Positions 23,780 to 36,068 of a DNA stretch of 41,031 bases are shown here, one piece after another. How positions within the stretch are numbered: the first letter of the stretch is position 1; each line of letters opens with the position of its first letter. Position numbers and translations under genes: made by a program. Under the pieces are notes generated by a model. It saw only the letters and a list, made by a program, of their open reading frames with translations, did not search any database and was not told the origin of the DNA. Source of the DNA: Octopus bimaculoides (taxonomy: Eukaryota); contig NC_069002.1 in NCBI RefSeq assembly GCF_001194135.2, positions 19,758,090 through 19,799,120 of the forward strand. The letters run 5' to 3'.

Positions 23780-25921
23780 TGAGAATAAAACTCTTTCCTA
23801 ATCTTACAGTTTACAGAATGTATTATAAAATTTCAAAATTACAAACATACAGAATTTCAACTCTTCCTGGCAGTGATTGTAGACAACATTGGAATGTTCT
23901 TGGCAAACATAGATATAACAATTCTTACATCTAATACTAGTTTTCCTGTCTATTTTAGGCCACACAAAGATTATCTTCCTTTTTTCTTTGGCTGAAGAAT
24001 CTCAAATGAGGTTGAAGATCGTATTCTTGTTTGTTTGAGTAATGTTCGCGGAACTAGAAGATTGTTTCTCATGTTCTTGTTTAGCTTTAACCCCAGCAAG
24101 TTCCTTTCCTAACTGAATTAGGCACTGTCTCCTTTTATCCTTGAAACTTTGCAAGTGAAGCAGTTTAGCAACAATGAAAGCATTCATTGTACTTATATCA
24201 ATCATGTTATAGAATTTAATCATAGGCCATCTTCGAGTCATTCTTTTGCAAGTGTATGTCCTTACCATCTCATCTAGGGTATCTGTTCTTCCTTTTGATT
24301 TGTTGTAACATGTAATAACGTCAGGTTTCTTTTCTAACCATTTGAAGCCCGAGAGTGCATTGTACTCATAAGTGTGACTACATAATTTTTCTTGGGACAA
24401 TAAGATAGGATCATAAAATCCTTTTGAAATCCAAATATTCTGCTGTTGATTTCTCTTTCATTTCCATTTGTGAAAGCACTTGGAAGTTTAACTCTGTTCT
24501 TTCTAATTGTTTCAACTGAAATAGTTTTCATTCTAAGCAGCTTTCGAGCCAATCCTAGTCTTGTAAAAATAATTATCACAAGTTATATTGCAACCAATAT
24601 TTTCAAGTTCATTTATTAGGTCTACAACAACTCTTGAACCTTGGTTTGTCTCTCTACCTTTTAATGGGTATTTTACAGTGTAGATTTGCATTTTCCAGGC
24701 ATAGGATGTCTCACTCTCGGATATTGCCCTAATGTTAACTGCATATTTCCCTGGTTTTGAAGGAATATATACCCGGAATGGGCGACGCCTTTTGAATGAA
24801 ACTAATTGCTCATCAACCGTCATGCATGAACTCGAAACATATCCATCTTGTAAATTCTGATTCAACATTTCAAATACTTCTCCTATTAACTCCAATTTAT
24901 TATCACTTCTCTTATTTCTTCTTGCACTAGCATCTTCAAAATGCAATACTTGTAAAATCTGTTGAAATCTTCGCCGGCGCATAATTTTGTTGAATATTGG
25001 GCAGCCATCTTCTTGACTCCATAACTGTGTGGCATGTTCATATTTAAATTTATAAACACCAATCATTATAATCAGTCCAATAAATATTTTTAGTTCAGAG
25101 TGATTAATTTCCTTCTCTTTATCTTTGTAAACAACCTGACCTTCAATATTTGTCCATTTACGAATTACTTCAAGATGATTTTGGCGCATAAAGATAGTAA
25201 AATATATTTCAATGTTATCACAAGACCTTTTAGCAAAACATTCTTGGTGCACAATATTGCAAGACGAAGTTCTCATTGCTACTTGAGTAAGAAGATTATA
25301 ATGCCAAACTTCTTGTCTATCTCTATAAACATAATGTTCATTCATAATTGGGTGGCTTTCAGATAATAGTTTTTGAGTATCTTCATCATCTGATAACACA
25401 GAACCTAAACTGTCCAGCACAGTGTCACTTTCTCCAACATCTTGGTGAAAGTGATTGTGTGCTGGACAGTTCAGACATCTTCAGTGCAATAGAAGGAATC
25501 ACTACTATTTTCTTCCCATTCTTCATCTAATTCCAATAAACTTTTCGATATTTGGTCTTCACTCAGGTTTTCACGTCAAGGCATATTGGAAAGCACAACT
25601 GAAGCGTACGAAACTTGATTAAAGGCAAATATTGCTCTCTCACATATTTATACCCTCCTGAAAGATGGTGTAATATTTTGTAAGAATTACGTCATTACAT
25701 AGAAATATTGCATCACCCTATAACCTAGCAGTCTGAAGGTGATGCAATACCACACATATTTAAAGGAATATTTTCATAATTTTTCTTGTTTTATCAAAAA
25801 TTCAGCAAATAAATTGAATACAATTTTATCTATTTTATATCTGATAAATATCCAGGAAAATAATATTTGATACTGCTTTTGTCTGAATTTAATTCGAGGG
25901 TCCAATGGACCCATACGGTAA
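23780..25921 (-). mobile_element. piggyBac DNA transposon (one terminus visible)
   Basis: Transposase inside. TTAA at 25922-25925 lies next to the subterminal palindrome GGGTCCAATGGACCC (25898-25912). The opposite terminus was not found. Confidence 0.88.
23840..25584 (-). pseudogene. piggyBac transposase pseudogene (PGBD4-like family)
   Basis: ORFs 24533-25420, 24334-24579 and 24002-24400 join through two frameshifts. Catalytic motifs MTVDEQLVSFK, TCDNYF and YNKSKGRTDTLDEM; IPSKPGKYA; RRWPMIKFYNMIDIS; C-terminal DRKTSIRCKNCYIYVCQEH. Probable ATG at 25584 is followed by early stops. Confidence 0.93.
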
Positions 25922-26414
25922 TTAATGTATAAAGTGAAATTTTCTAGATTTTATAAACATTCAGAAAATTTCCCATTCGACAAATAAAAGAAACTCAAGA
26001 AAAAATAAGTCACGAGAAATGAGTAGAATCAAATAATATAAACAATATGAGAAAACAAGGGAAAAAAACTGATATCGGTCCACTGGACTCATTGGTGGAG
26101 TGAAGGTTAAGAGGAAATTTTGAATGCCAGAACACGCACGCACACAGAAACACACACATAAGCACACACACACACACACACACACGCAGATACATAAACA
26201 CACACTTACACATACAAACACACACACCTGAATATATATGCGCGGCAGGTTGGGTTTCTGTACAGTTTCCGTCTTCGAAATTCACCAAATATACATTTGT
26301 AGGTGCTCTGCTCTAGCAGGTCTGGAAATCCAGGTATCCATTCAATGAAACAGAAAGAAAAAACATCTAGTTGCAAAGCCGGTTTCTTAGCCACAATTCC
26401 GATTTGTTTGCCTG

Positions 26415-26542
26415 TCTATGTATGTATGTATGTATGTATGTATGTATGTATGTATGCACGTATGTGTGTGTGTGTGTGTATGTATGCACGTACGTACGTA
26501 TGTATGTATGTATGTATGTATGTATGCATATGTCTCTCCCTG

Positions 26543-26585
<43 letters not shown>

Positions 26586-26592
26586 GTCTGTA

Positions 26593-26642
<50 letters not shown>

Positions 26643-26717
26643 CCCCTCTCTCTCTCCCTCTCTCTCTCTCTCATTCTGTTTCTCTTTCTCTCCCTTTCTC
26701 CTTCTCTGGCTGTCTGC

Positions 26718-26767
<50 letters not shown>

Positions 26768-26770
26768 CTT
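26415..26770. repeat. Compound microsatellite (ATGT/GT/ATCT/GTCT/CT)
   Basis: Stepwise series of tetra- and dinucleotide runs. Confidence 0.95.
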
Positions 26771-27012
26771 TCTGAAACCCTTTCTCCTTATCTCTCTGCC
26801 CGACTTTTATGTCTGTACATATATATGCATAAGGTAGTGAAATGGCCGAGCCGTTACAGCGATGCACAGATTTCTTTTCGCTGCTCAATCAATCTGGGTG
26901 TCTGCTCACACACACATACACATTCACACACACATGTACTTGTGTATTTCGGTGGATGTATTGCATGAGCAATATATGAATATATATTTATAAGTTTGTG
27001 TATGTATGTGTG

Positions 27013-27054
<42 letters not shown>

Positions 27055-27689
27055 CGCGTGAGCCTATACACGATACACATAAATAAGCAGATAAGTAATT
27101 CTGTTTAACCACTTTATTTTTCAAACGTCTAAGTGTTGCTTATCCATATTTTGTCTTCTTTTTTATGATTCTATGAATATATATTAACGACTAAGAACAT
27201 TTTTAGTTTTGAACTAAATCATTAAAGTAACTGAGAAACAAAAACGGAAGATATTTTTTATAAATATATTATATGGAGATAAAATTCTTTTCATTTTCCA
27301 AACGAATATTTTTTTTCTATGTTAATTTGCAAAATTTTTACATAAATTATTCTGAATGTGGGAAGAATTGAGAAGAATGTACATTATTCGTCAGTTCTTC
27401 TCTTTCCATTTCAATAATTCACAGTCCATAACTTGTAAATTATTCCTTAAAGTTTGACTTGCAAAAAGAATTCTTGTGTTGTCCTGTGCTTTTCATATTT
27501 TTGTGAATGAAATACCTAAGGGTAATCAACAAACTTTGCTGAAATTTATGTGACACACATCGAATAGTTAGATACTCAGTTTTCAGTGAGGTAATTATGA
27601 ATTTCATAATGAAATGTGTTTTCAAAGTCTCGTATCTAGTACCAAATATTCGTTCTAACACAAGAAGTCGAATTTTGAGGAGAGAACTC

Positions 27690-27830
27690 ATTCGGTTGGA
27701 TCGACCTCAGCACTTAGCTTCTACATTCCTTTATCCACAGTGGTAAAATAATAGAGAAAGCTGGACTTGCGAGGATTTCAACTGAAGTATAGAGCTAGAA
27801 ACTTACCACAATGTGTTTTGTTACATATTC
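27690..27830 (-). mobile_element. Degraded SINE remnant
   Basis: Weak reverse-complement similarity to the B-box and central region of the SINE at 31772. Confidence 0.3.
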
Positions 27831-28049
27831 AAGTGAGTGTGCGAAATTAACATTTTTCATTGAATGGAACAGCTTAGAGGATTGAACTACGAAACTATTG
27901 TAGCACCGGGTTACATTGCAGAGTACTGAATGACAGTTCCAACTACTTTCAATAGCATCAATATTTTCTAAAATCCAACATAGTTCTTTGAAGATTTTCC
28001 ATCTAAACTTTGTAATTCACCCTCTCCTCATGGACACGAACTTATGTCA

Positions 28050-28480
28050 TAAATAATTAAGGTCTTTGGCTTAGTCAGTCTTGATTCGTACCTCAAATCT
28101 ATGATGAACGGGCATTCCAGGTTTGACAAACCCAACTTTTGTTAGGGCACCAACCAAATATCCTTATTTATGACATCAGGGTGTTATTTCTGTGGCTGAT
28201 TTGCTCTCAGACCTAGTAAACATTTAAAAGTTATTGACATAGCTTCTAAGTTGTTCAGTCGCGACCATTTCAATTTACATCCAACCTTCATATGTCGACA
28301 GCTAAATTGTAATGTGTGACTATCCGCTGATTTAATGAGGTCGGGGATGCAATTTGAGCGGGATTTGCTTACGATCTCTAACAGTCCAAGATACAAAGTT
28401 TTTACATTGTTGTACGTTCTTTTTTTAATCCTATCCCAGCCTTCATAAAAGAGATTCCAACTGTGATCATTTCCAACTTT
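28050..28480 (-). mobile_element. Possible very old L1/Tx1-type LINE ORF2 remnant
   Basis: Minus frame ...GWDRIKKR...KLKWSRLNNLE...DIWLVP*QKLGLSNLE weakly echoes the post-RT WxxxxxK...LPxxxGGLGLxxL region. Confidence 0.2.
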
Positions 28481-28546
28481 GCATTCCTGATTAAATTGTT
28501 CGGCAGTGTAGAATATGAAGAATTTGGTTCGATCGATCATCTAGAG

Positions 28547-28895
28547 CAGTGGTTCTCAACCAGGGTCCATATCGCCCCTAAGGATCCATATAAGATTTTT
28601 TTGGGTCCACGCAACAAAATAGGAAATTGGAGATCCACAATAGTATTTTAAGGGCTCCTGCAAAAATCTTGTTGTAGATGTATGTATTGGTGTGTATTGC
28701 GTGAAACAGCTTGGTATCTTTGTTTGACATTTTACATAATTCAACCTACACAAGTTAATGTGTGAAAGACAAATCAAGAATTTTGAAAGGAGTTTTTATA
28801 AAACTAGCTCTTAAACACTGAATGACAATGGGGGTTCACTAAAATAAAATAGTAATCAAAGGGATCTGTAGATAAAAATTGGTCGAGAGCCCCTG
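28547..28895. mobile_element. hAT (Charlie-like) MITE, 349 bp
   Basis: 15-bp TIRs CAGTGGTTCTCAACC and GGTCGAGAGCCCCTG. 8-bp TSD ATCTAGAG (28539-46) and ATCTACAG (28896-903), fitting the NTCTAGAN Charlie preference. No ORF. Confidence 0.9.
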
Positions 28896-31771
28896 ATCTA
28901 CAGGCTAACTAAATAACAAGTTTGTATATCTGTCTCACATCATGGAATACCGTTCTGGTCCGGTTCACTTTTCATCTATAATAATTATGGTCTAATATAA
29001 ACACTGCTCCAGTACTCCATCAAGCCCCTTGAAGACATTAGCTTTTTCTACACCTCTGCCATAATAAATATCAGCTGCTTAATTTATATTCTTTCTGTGG
29101 ATTATATTTAGATGAATAAAATATCGCCTTTTAACTCTGGTTTCTTTACTTTAATCCAAATTTTTGATTCTTTTATACATTTATCGTTCCGGGAGTGTTG
29201 CCCGGATCAAAACCATTCTTTCTCTTCTCTCAAAGGGTTTCCTATCTTCCAGGGTATTTTAAAAGGAATTTATCACAATGTCAGCTGCTGGTCAATTAAT
29301 CTAAAATTCAAAGTAAGAGGTTATTTTTAATAACCACTCAAGAAAATAAGATTTTTAAAGACAGAAGTAATTAAAGAGATTTGAATGAAATAACACTTGT
29401 ATGATTACGTCTGGAAATGATATGCGAAAGCTTACAAAATACCTCACTAGAAATGCCTTAATCGCATAACGAAACATCATTTCTTCTTCACATTTAGGAA
29501 AAAAAAATCAATAACTTTCACCGATGAAAAGCAGCAGCTGGATTTTCCTGCTGTGTTATTAATAATTCCCTGCTCGTTATCAAACATGTAAAAGAGTATT
29601 GAGTCACACGCCTGACGTCAAATTAAATAACAAAATAATTTGAGCTTCCGCATTATCAAAAACATCCTTGTCATAGTTAATTGAAATCACAGTTTTATAG
29701 ATGAATTCTGATTTAATCATTGATGCTGGACATCTTTGATAATTTGTCAACGAACGCAATTTTGAATTTGAATTGCATTCCATCTCAATGACTATGTGAA
29801 ATATCTTCACTGGTGTTGCTATGTTAATTTTTATGACGATAAATTGCCATCTCTCTATTATTTGTGTGTTTTTTTTTTATTGTGAAGTGTTTTTTCGTGT
29901 CTTCATTTAATCCCAATTGAGTATGAATAATGAGAGTAGATATCGTAAATAAATTATATTATATTCATATTTCATTCTGTTTTACAAATCCCGTGATTTC
30001 ATGAATATCATTTGACATAAAAAAAATCTCAGCTCAGATTTTGTTGAGTATATCTTATATATCTTGCTCAAAAGAATTCCTTGCGTATTTGTTCTGGTAT
30101 ATTTGCGATTACATTACTCACAATGTAATATTCTGCTATGTTAAACAGGTCGAGAAGCCTCGGAGAGTTGATGTCGTTGTTTTCACATGAAATTGTGAAT
30201 TTTTAATATGGAAATCTTCGCTATTTCAATACAGAACTCTATGGCTCAATTGAATATTTCATTAGCTTTGCATAAACATCATATTTGTGGTAGTTATTCT
30301 TAACTTCAAAATAAAGGATTTCCAACAGTTATGCTGGACACATTTTCATTTACAAATCACATGCACAGAGAGGAACTGCTTTTGTGCATTCTCTAACTTC
30401 ATGGCATTTCAATATACTTCCAGTTGAACATCTATACCCAACTTATACGTGCGTATTGGAATATCACAAAAAATAACTACTATGTAGTTTTCTAGACATT
30501 TTCTTTTCTAGTCACAATTTCAATGCCCGTCATTATTAAACAAATGTTTCAAATGTTTCTGGTCCAAAGTGTTACTTCTTGTCAGAGGAGAATTTCTGTA
30601 GATATAGGCTTTTTTTTTCGTCTAGTTTCAGCTCATTCTGTAATTCCTTTGTTCCTTCCGTCTTTCATTTAATTATAACTTGGATAATGAATCTTGTATA
30701 TATTTAATAATAACTGCAGTTTAATTCAGGTTTGGTATGATTAGACAAAACTATTCATTTCGGGCGAATTACGAACGACACCAGGAAAATAAAACAATTC
30801 TGCAAAAATAGATGAAGAGAGTACAGAGATGTTGAGATTTATATCTTAGTGATGAATTTATTATAACCGTTAATAAATGTTATAGAAATTTCCAAAAGTG
30901 ACCGCTTTATCACAAGATTATCGTATATATAATTTTCAGATACCTCCGACCCAGGGGTAATAAATATTTATTTAGAACTGATATATATGCAAATAATACC
31001 TTCCATTAAAAGTAATCTCATTAAAGACAAAATATATATACTTTTAGCTACGTCTGTGAAAGTTAACCTTGCACGATGTAACCATGTATGAGTTAGACAA
31101 AATAAATACTGGATATGAAAGGAAGTAACTACATTTTAATATTTCTACAGATGGAATTATTTATATTCCTCATGACTATGGAAGTTAAGTTCTAAGATTT
31201 TTGTGCAACTGTAAATGGCTATGATATCTTTATCGAAGAATATATCAGAAGGAGCATTGTGCAGTACGTTCGTGTGTATAAGTATATAAAACGTATGCTC
31301 ATATATTCAATAACATGTTAAAACTAAACTTGTTTTGAACCTAATCATCTTCAGATGTAGATCCATACCAATATCATAGGTTAATAAACCTTCCTCATAC
31401 AAACACACATTGTTAGAGAGACATAGAAAAGCATTCATAAAAACCCATTACAATATTCAATTTAAAAATTGACATAAAGATTAATATAATTGCTAGCAAA
31501 AGTCTAGCCATAAATTTCATTTAAATTCTGCTAACTACCAGCAATAAAGTAAACAAAGAAGAAAATTCCATTATGTGACTATCGGTTCTTGCAATTCTCT
31601 ATAATAATGAAAATCATTCAGTCAATAACATTCACAGTCGGAAATTAAATATATCGATAGACAGAGAACAATTTAAATTTGGAGCCGATCAGAAAGAGGA
31701 TACTTTAAAAGAGAGCGGATTTGAAGAAAACAATAAAGGTATCAAGCATTTAACAATGTAGAAGGAAAAGA

Positions 31772-32058
31772 GGGCGGTGAGCTGACAGAAACGTTAGCTC
31801 GCCGGACCGAATACTTAGCGGTATTTCGTCTGCCGTTGCGTTTTGAGTTCAAATTCTGCCGAGGTCAACTTTGCCTATCATCCTTTCGGGGTCGATTAAA
31901 TAAGTACTCACTGAGACCGATGTAATCAACTTAATCCATTTCTCTATCCTTGTTTGTACCAGCTTTGCACTGGGATCGATGTAATCGACTTAATCATATT
32001 ACCTGTCTTTGTTTGTCCCTTCTATGTAAAGCCCCCTGTGGGTTATAAAGAAAAAATA
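31772..32058 (+). mobile_element. tRNA-derived SINE (octopus-type), full length with probable TSD
   Basis: 5' GGGCGGTGAGCTGACAGAAACG (A-box-like), B-box GAGTTCAAATTC, central ACTTTGCCTATCATCCTTTCGGGGTCGATTAAATAAGTAC. Flanking TAGAAGGAAAAGA (31759-71) and TAGAAGTGAAAGA (32059-71) match at 11/13. Confidence 0.88.
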
Positions 32059-32730
32059 TAGAAGTGAAAGAAAAATAATTATTCTCTCCTTAAGTTTGAA
32101 CTTATTTTATGCAGTTTTTTCCTATACAAAACACATCGAATATATCCATTGCCACCATAATATTTTCAAAGCAATTGATATTAAGACCAATGGCAACTGT
32201 GCACAAATCTGAATTCTGCTGTAATCCTGGACAATTAGAGAAATAGTGAACGGGATGTGTTTTATCGTACTTTTTCATTGAATTTAAATGAACATAACAT
32301 CCCTTTTCCTTCTCTCATTTCTAATTTTGCTACGTATCTCAAACTTAGCTCGTGAAGATATTCACCAACATAATTTGCCTAAAGACACAATACGAGAATA
32401 CTTATAATGTAAAAACGTATTTCGCATTCATATATATACGAGGGCTTTGGGTACGATCGGTTAATCATGATGGAGTAATTACTTTTACTGTTTATCTGGA
32501 GCCACATTGTATGTATTATTATATGTATAATTTACTCCACCTGTATGTGTGTATTTTTGGAAGAGAAAACTGTAATAATTGAAGTAGAAGAAATATCAAT
32601 ATCATTCTTTGTTTGCTATCTGCAAGTCGTGCATTTCACTGATGCTCGGTTTCAGATGCACGTCGTGCGTTTGTTTGGTGTTCGTTTTGTAATGATATTT
32701 TTTTATGAGACTTTTTTTTTTGATGAAAAA

Positions 32731-32968
32731 AATATCAGTAAGTAATAGCAAAATGAAATTCGGACGCTATGTTGCAGTAATGCAAAGAAAATAGGTATAT
32801 CACATAAAAGAATAGCTTAAGGGAATGAGAAATGTTTTTGACAAGGAATATCAGTAAATTGTAGTGAAATGAAAGTACAAATGATGTGTGAATATCAGTA
32901 AGTAATAGTGAAATGAATTTACAAATGCTGAATGGTGTTAGTGTTTTTTGCGGAAATTCCGACGCTAT
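32731..32968 (+). repeat. Three dispersed copies of a motif of about 28 bp plus a paired 15-mer
   Basis: AATATCAGTAA..(AA/TG)TAG..AAATGAA at 32731, 32847 and 32891; AAATTC(G/C)GACGCTAT at about 32756 and 32954. Confidence 0.75.
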
Positions 32969-33158
32969 AAGACAGGTATGCAGGCCAAGGCGTTGTATTT
33001 TTGTTGGTGTGTCGATGATTTTCGATTCGCTGTGAATTTGTGTCTGTGTGCGTATGACTTCTCTATCAGATTGTCTCTGCTTATGTGAAAGAAATTTGTA
33101 TATTTATATCTGAACAGAAAAGTTAGAAAAATAGGTATAGCTGAAACATGAATGAATA

Positions 33159-33159
<1 letters not shown>

Positions 33160-33200
<41 letters not shown>

Positions 33201-33767
33201 CGTGTGTGCGTGCGTGCGTATGTGTGTNNNNNNNNNNNNNNNNNNNNNNNNNNNNNNNNNNNNNNNNNNNNNNNNNNNNNNNNNNNNNNNNNNNNNNNNN
33301 NNNNNNNNNNNNNNNNNNNNNNNNNNNNNNNNNNNNNNNNNNNNNNNNNNNNNNNNNNNNNNNNNNNNNNNNNNNNNNNNNNNNNNNNNNNNNNNNNNNN
33401 NNNNNNNNNNNNNNNNNNNNNNNNNNNNNNNNNNNNNNNNNNNNNNNNNNNNNNNNNNNNNNNNNNNNNNNNNNNNNNNNNNNNNNNNNNNNNNNNNNNN
33501 NNNNNNNNNNNNNNNNNNNNNNNNNNNNNNNNNNNNNNNNNNNNNNNNNNNNNNNNNNNNNNNNNNNNNNNNNNNNNNNNNNNNNNNNNNNNNNNNNNNN
33601 NNNNNNNNNNNNNNNNNNNNNNNNNNNNNNNNNNNNNNNNNNNNNNNNNNNNNNNNNNNNNNNNNNNNNNNNNNNNNNNNNNNNNNNNNNNNNNNNNNNN
33701 NNNNNNNNNNNNNNNNNNNNNNNNNNNNNNNNNNNNNNNNNNNNNNNNNNNNNNNNNNNNNNNNNNN

Positions 33768-33817
<50 letters not shown>

Positions 33818-34215
33818 ATAGTGTTTAATTGTGCAGAAGAGACCATCCTTGAATAAATAAATGAATAAATATAAATGGAATGGTGGTTGTCATTGTCTTG
33901 AACGCTGACCATTCTCACGACATGGCAATATCCCGCCAAATAGAAAGACAGACAGATAAGAGGGGAGAGAGAGAGAGGGAGATTGAAAGGTGTCCCTGTG
34001 TGTGTGAATGTGTCTGTGTGAGAGAGTGTGTATGTGAGTGCGTGTGTATGCGAGTGTCTGGGTGTGTGTTACGAGGGCGTAAAGGAAGATACAAGGACAG
34101 ACAGGCACACACACACACACACACACAGATACACACACACAGAGACACACAGCCATATACACAGACAACCATAGACCCCACACACACAGACACAGACGCA
34201 CACATTCATATAAGT
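33160..34215. repeat. Microsatellite complex (GT, AG, AC) around a 541-N gap
   Basis: Simple repeats flank the gap and continue to about 34215. Confidence 0.9.
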
Positions 34216-34329
34216 ATGTATATACATTTGGAAAAAAAACTAAAAAAACCCAACAAAACAGTTGGCATCGCTCAAAAAATAATATAGAGATAGAATCTGT
34301 TACATAGCCAAGCATACCAATCATGACAT

Positions 34330-35150
34330 TGAATAAGGATTTCTATAAGCTAGGTATTTCGTCATCGGAGAGAGAGAAGTCAGAAAATATAGAATTTAAG
34401 AAATTGTCCCAAATTTCAGTTTATGAAATATGATGGAATGATGAGCGTGAGATGAATATGCATTATGGAGTTCCATGATTAGATAAATAATAAAGTTATA
34501 AATGAAGTCCATTAATAGTTTGGAATGAGGATGTTTGGCGATATAACAAATAGCAAGGAATGGTGCAAGTATCCGGTTCCATCTTTGAATGGAGAGTGAA
34601 TTAAGATTGAATATAAGTAATATACTACAGTGCGAAGGAAAGACAGAATGGTGGAAGCACAAGTGTAGCTATATACTAGTCTGTATAGTGAGGTTATGTT
34701 TGTCGAAGGAGGTTGGGGTATGTATACACAGATAACTAAATAGATGAGGAACAGCAGTTATCAGATACTTTCATCCCGTAGCCGGCCATGACACGAGTGC
34801 TGGTAAGAGTTTTAAGATGGTAAGAGTATGATGGATGGCGTTAGGAAGGTAATAAATTGGTTGTAAAAGAGAATGACGATCTAGAATAATAGTGAGCGTG
34901 ATACTAGAGGTGTGGGGGAGATTTAAGGCCTGCCAGGATATAATGTTGCTGGAAAGAGATGCCCATAACATTAATCAAAATGTTAAAATTGTAATGTTAA
35001 TGAAAATGTACACTCGTTGGGGATAAAATAATACAAAGTAAGAATTTTTAAATGACAAAGGGAAAGACTTCTCGTAGAGTGAAATTATAGGGCGCTGGAA
35101 TAGCAATAATCGACAATGTACAATAGATCCCATATAAGTAAAACTGAATA
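34330..35150 (-). mobile_element. Probable heavily decayed Penelope-like RT remnant
   Basis: Minus-strand fragments in the expected order: ASLSSNI (cf. DVTSLYTNI), a GVAMG-like stretch, then FHKLKFGTIS...FL(D)FSLSDD (cf. FHPxLKFT...FLDxxI). Confidence 0.33.
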
Positions 35151-36033
35151 AATCTGGTAGGCTAAATAAATTACATATGTTAGTGCTCAGTATATAACTC
35201 CATAAGCGTGAGAAGAGAAGCCATAGTGGTGGTCAGTTAATACCAATAATGCTGTAACTGATTAATTATGGTGTAGGTGGGTTGCTTGAATATGAATGAA
35301 TGGAAAACATGAGAATCTATAAAATAAAGGATTAAAAGGTTATGGTGATAATATAGTTACACTAATTTCATAAAGCGAGCTCATACGATGACAAAACTAT
35401 ATATCAGAGAGCATGGGATGTAATTGTTTTATCGCTATTAGATGTAAACTATAAACAATTTTAAAGTCTATGAACACACGTTGGGAAAGCTTTATACTGC
35501 TCATTTAATAATTGTGTGAGGTTATGTGATAGGAATTGTAAAGAAACCCTCGAAAATATACCACAGGGAGTTTTCTGGCCTTGGTACTGAGGACCTGAGT
35601 CAATGGTGGACCGAGTTATATTAAGTGGTATGTGCTTTTAGCTTAGTTAGTGTATATATCTCCTGAGAGAGGGAGATTGATGATTTTCATATTGAAATGA
35701 GTTGAAATTCAAAAAATATATTTCCTTAAGATTAATAGTAGCTGCAATATAACTTTTGTTGAAGTTGTGACGTTTATTAAGGACCGTGTACTTTAAACTA
35801 TATTAAATCTTCAGCAGCAAGCATGCAAAGGGCATTTATTCCAAATTTTGAAGATGCAACTGGATCTATTTGGCGTAAGGGCTTTTCAAGAAGGGGAATT
35901 ACAGTGTGCAAAATTAGAAGGTGCACTTTGGATTAAAGTAGTCTGTTCCAATACAGTCTTTCATTGTTACTATGCCATTTATGCTTTACACCCCGCCAAA
36001 CACACGTACATATATATACATATCCATGTAATA

Positions 36034-36068
<35 letters not shown>

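Noticed and set aside
22759-32968. Short repeated units considered as CRISPR-like arrays (29-bp pair, 28-bp triplet)
   Set aside because: No regular unique spacers, no cas genes, and a eukaryotic context.
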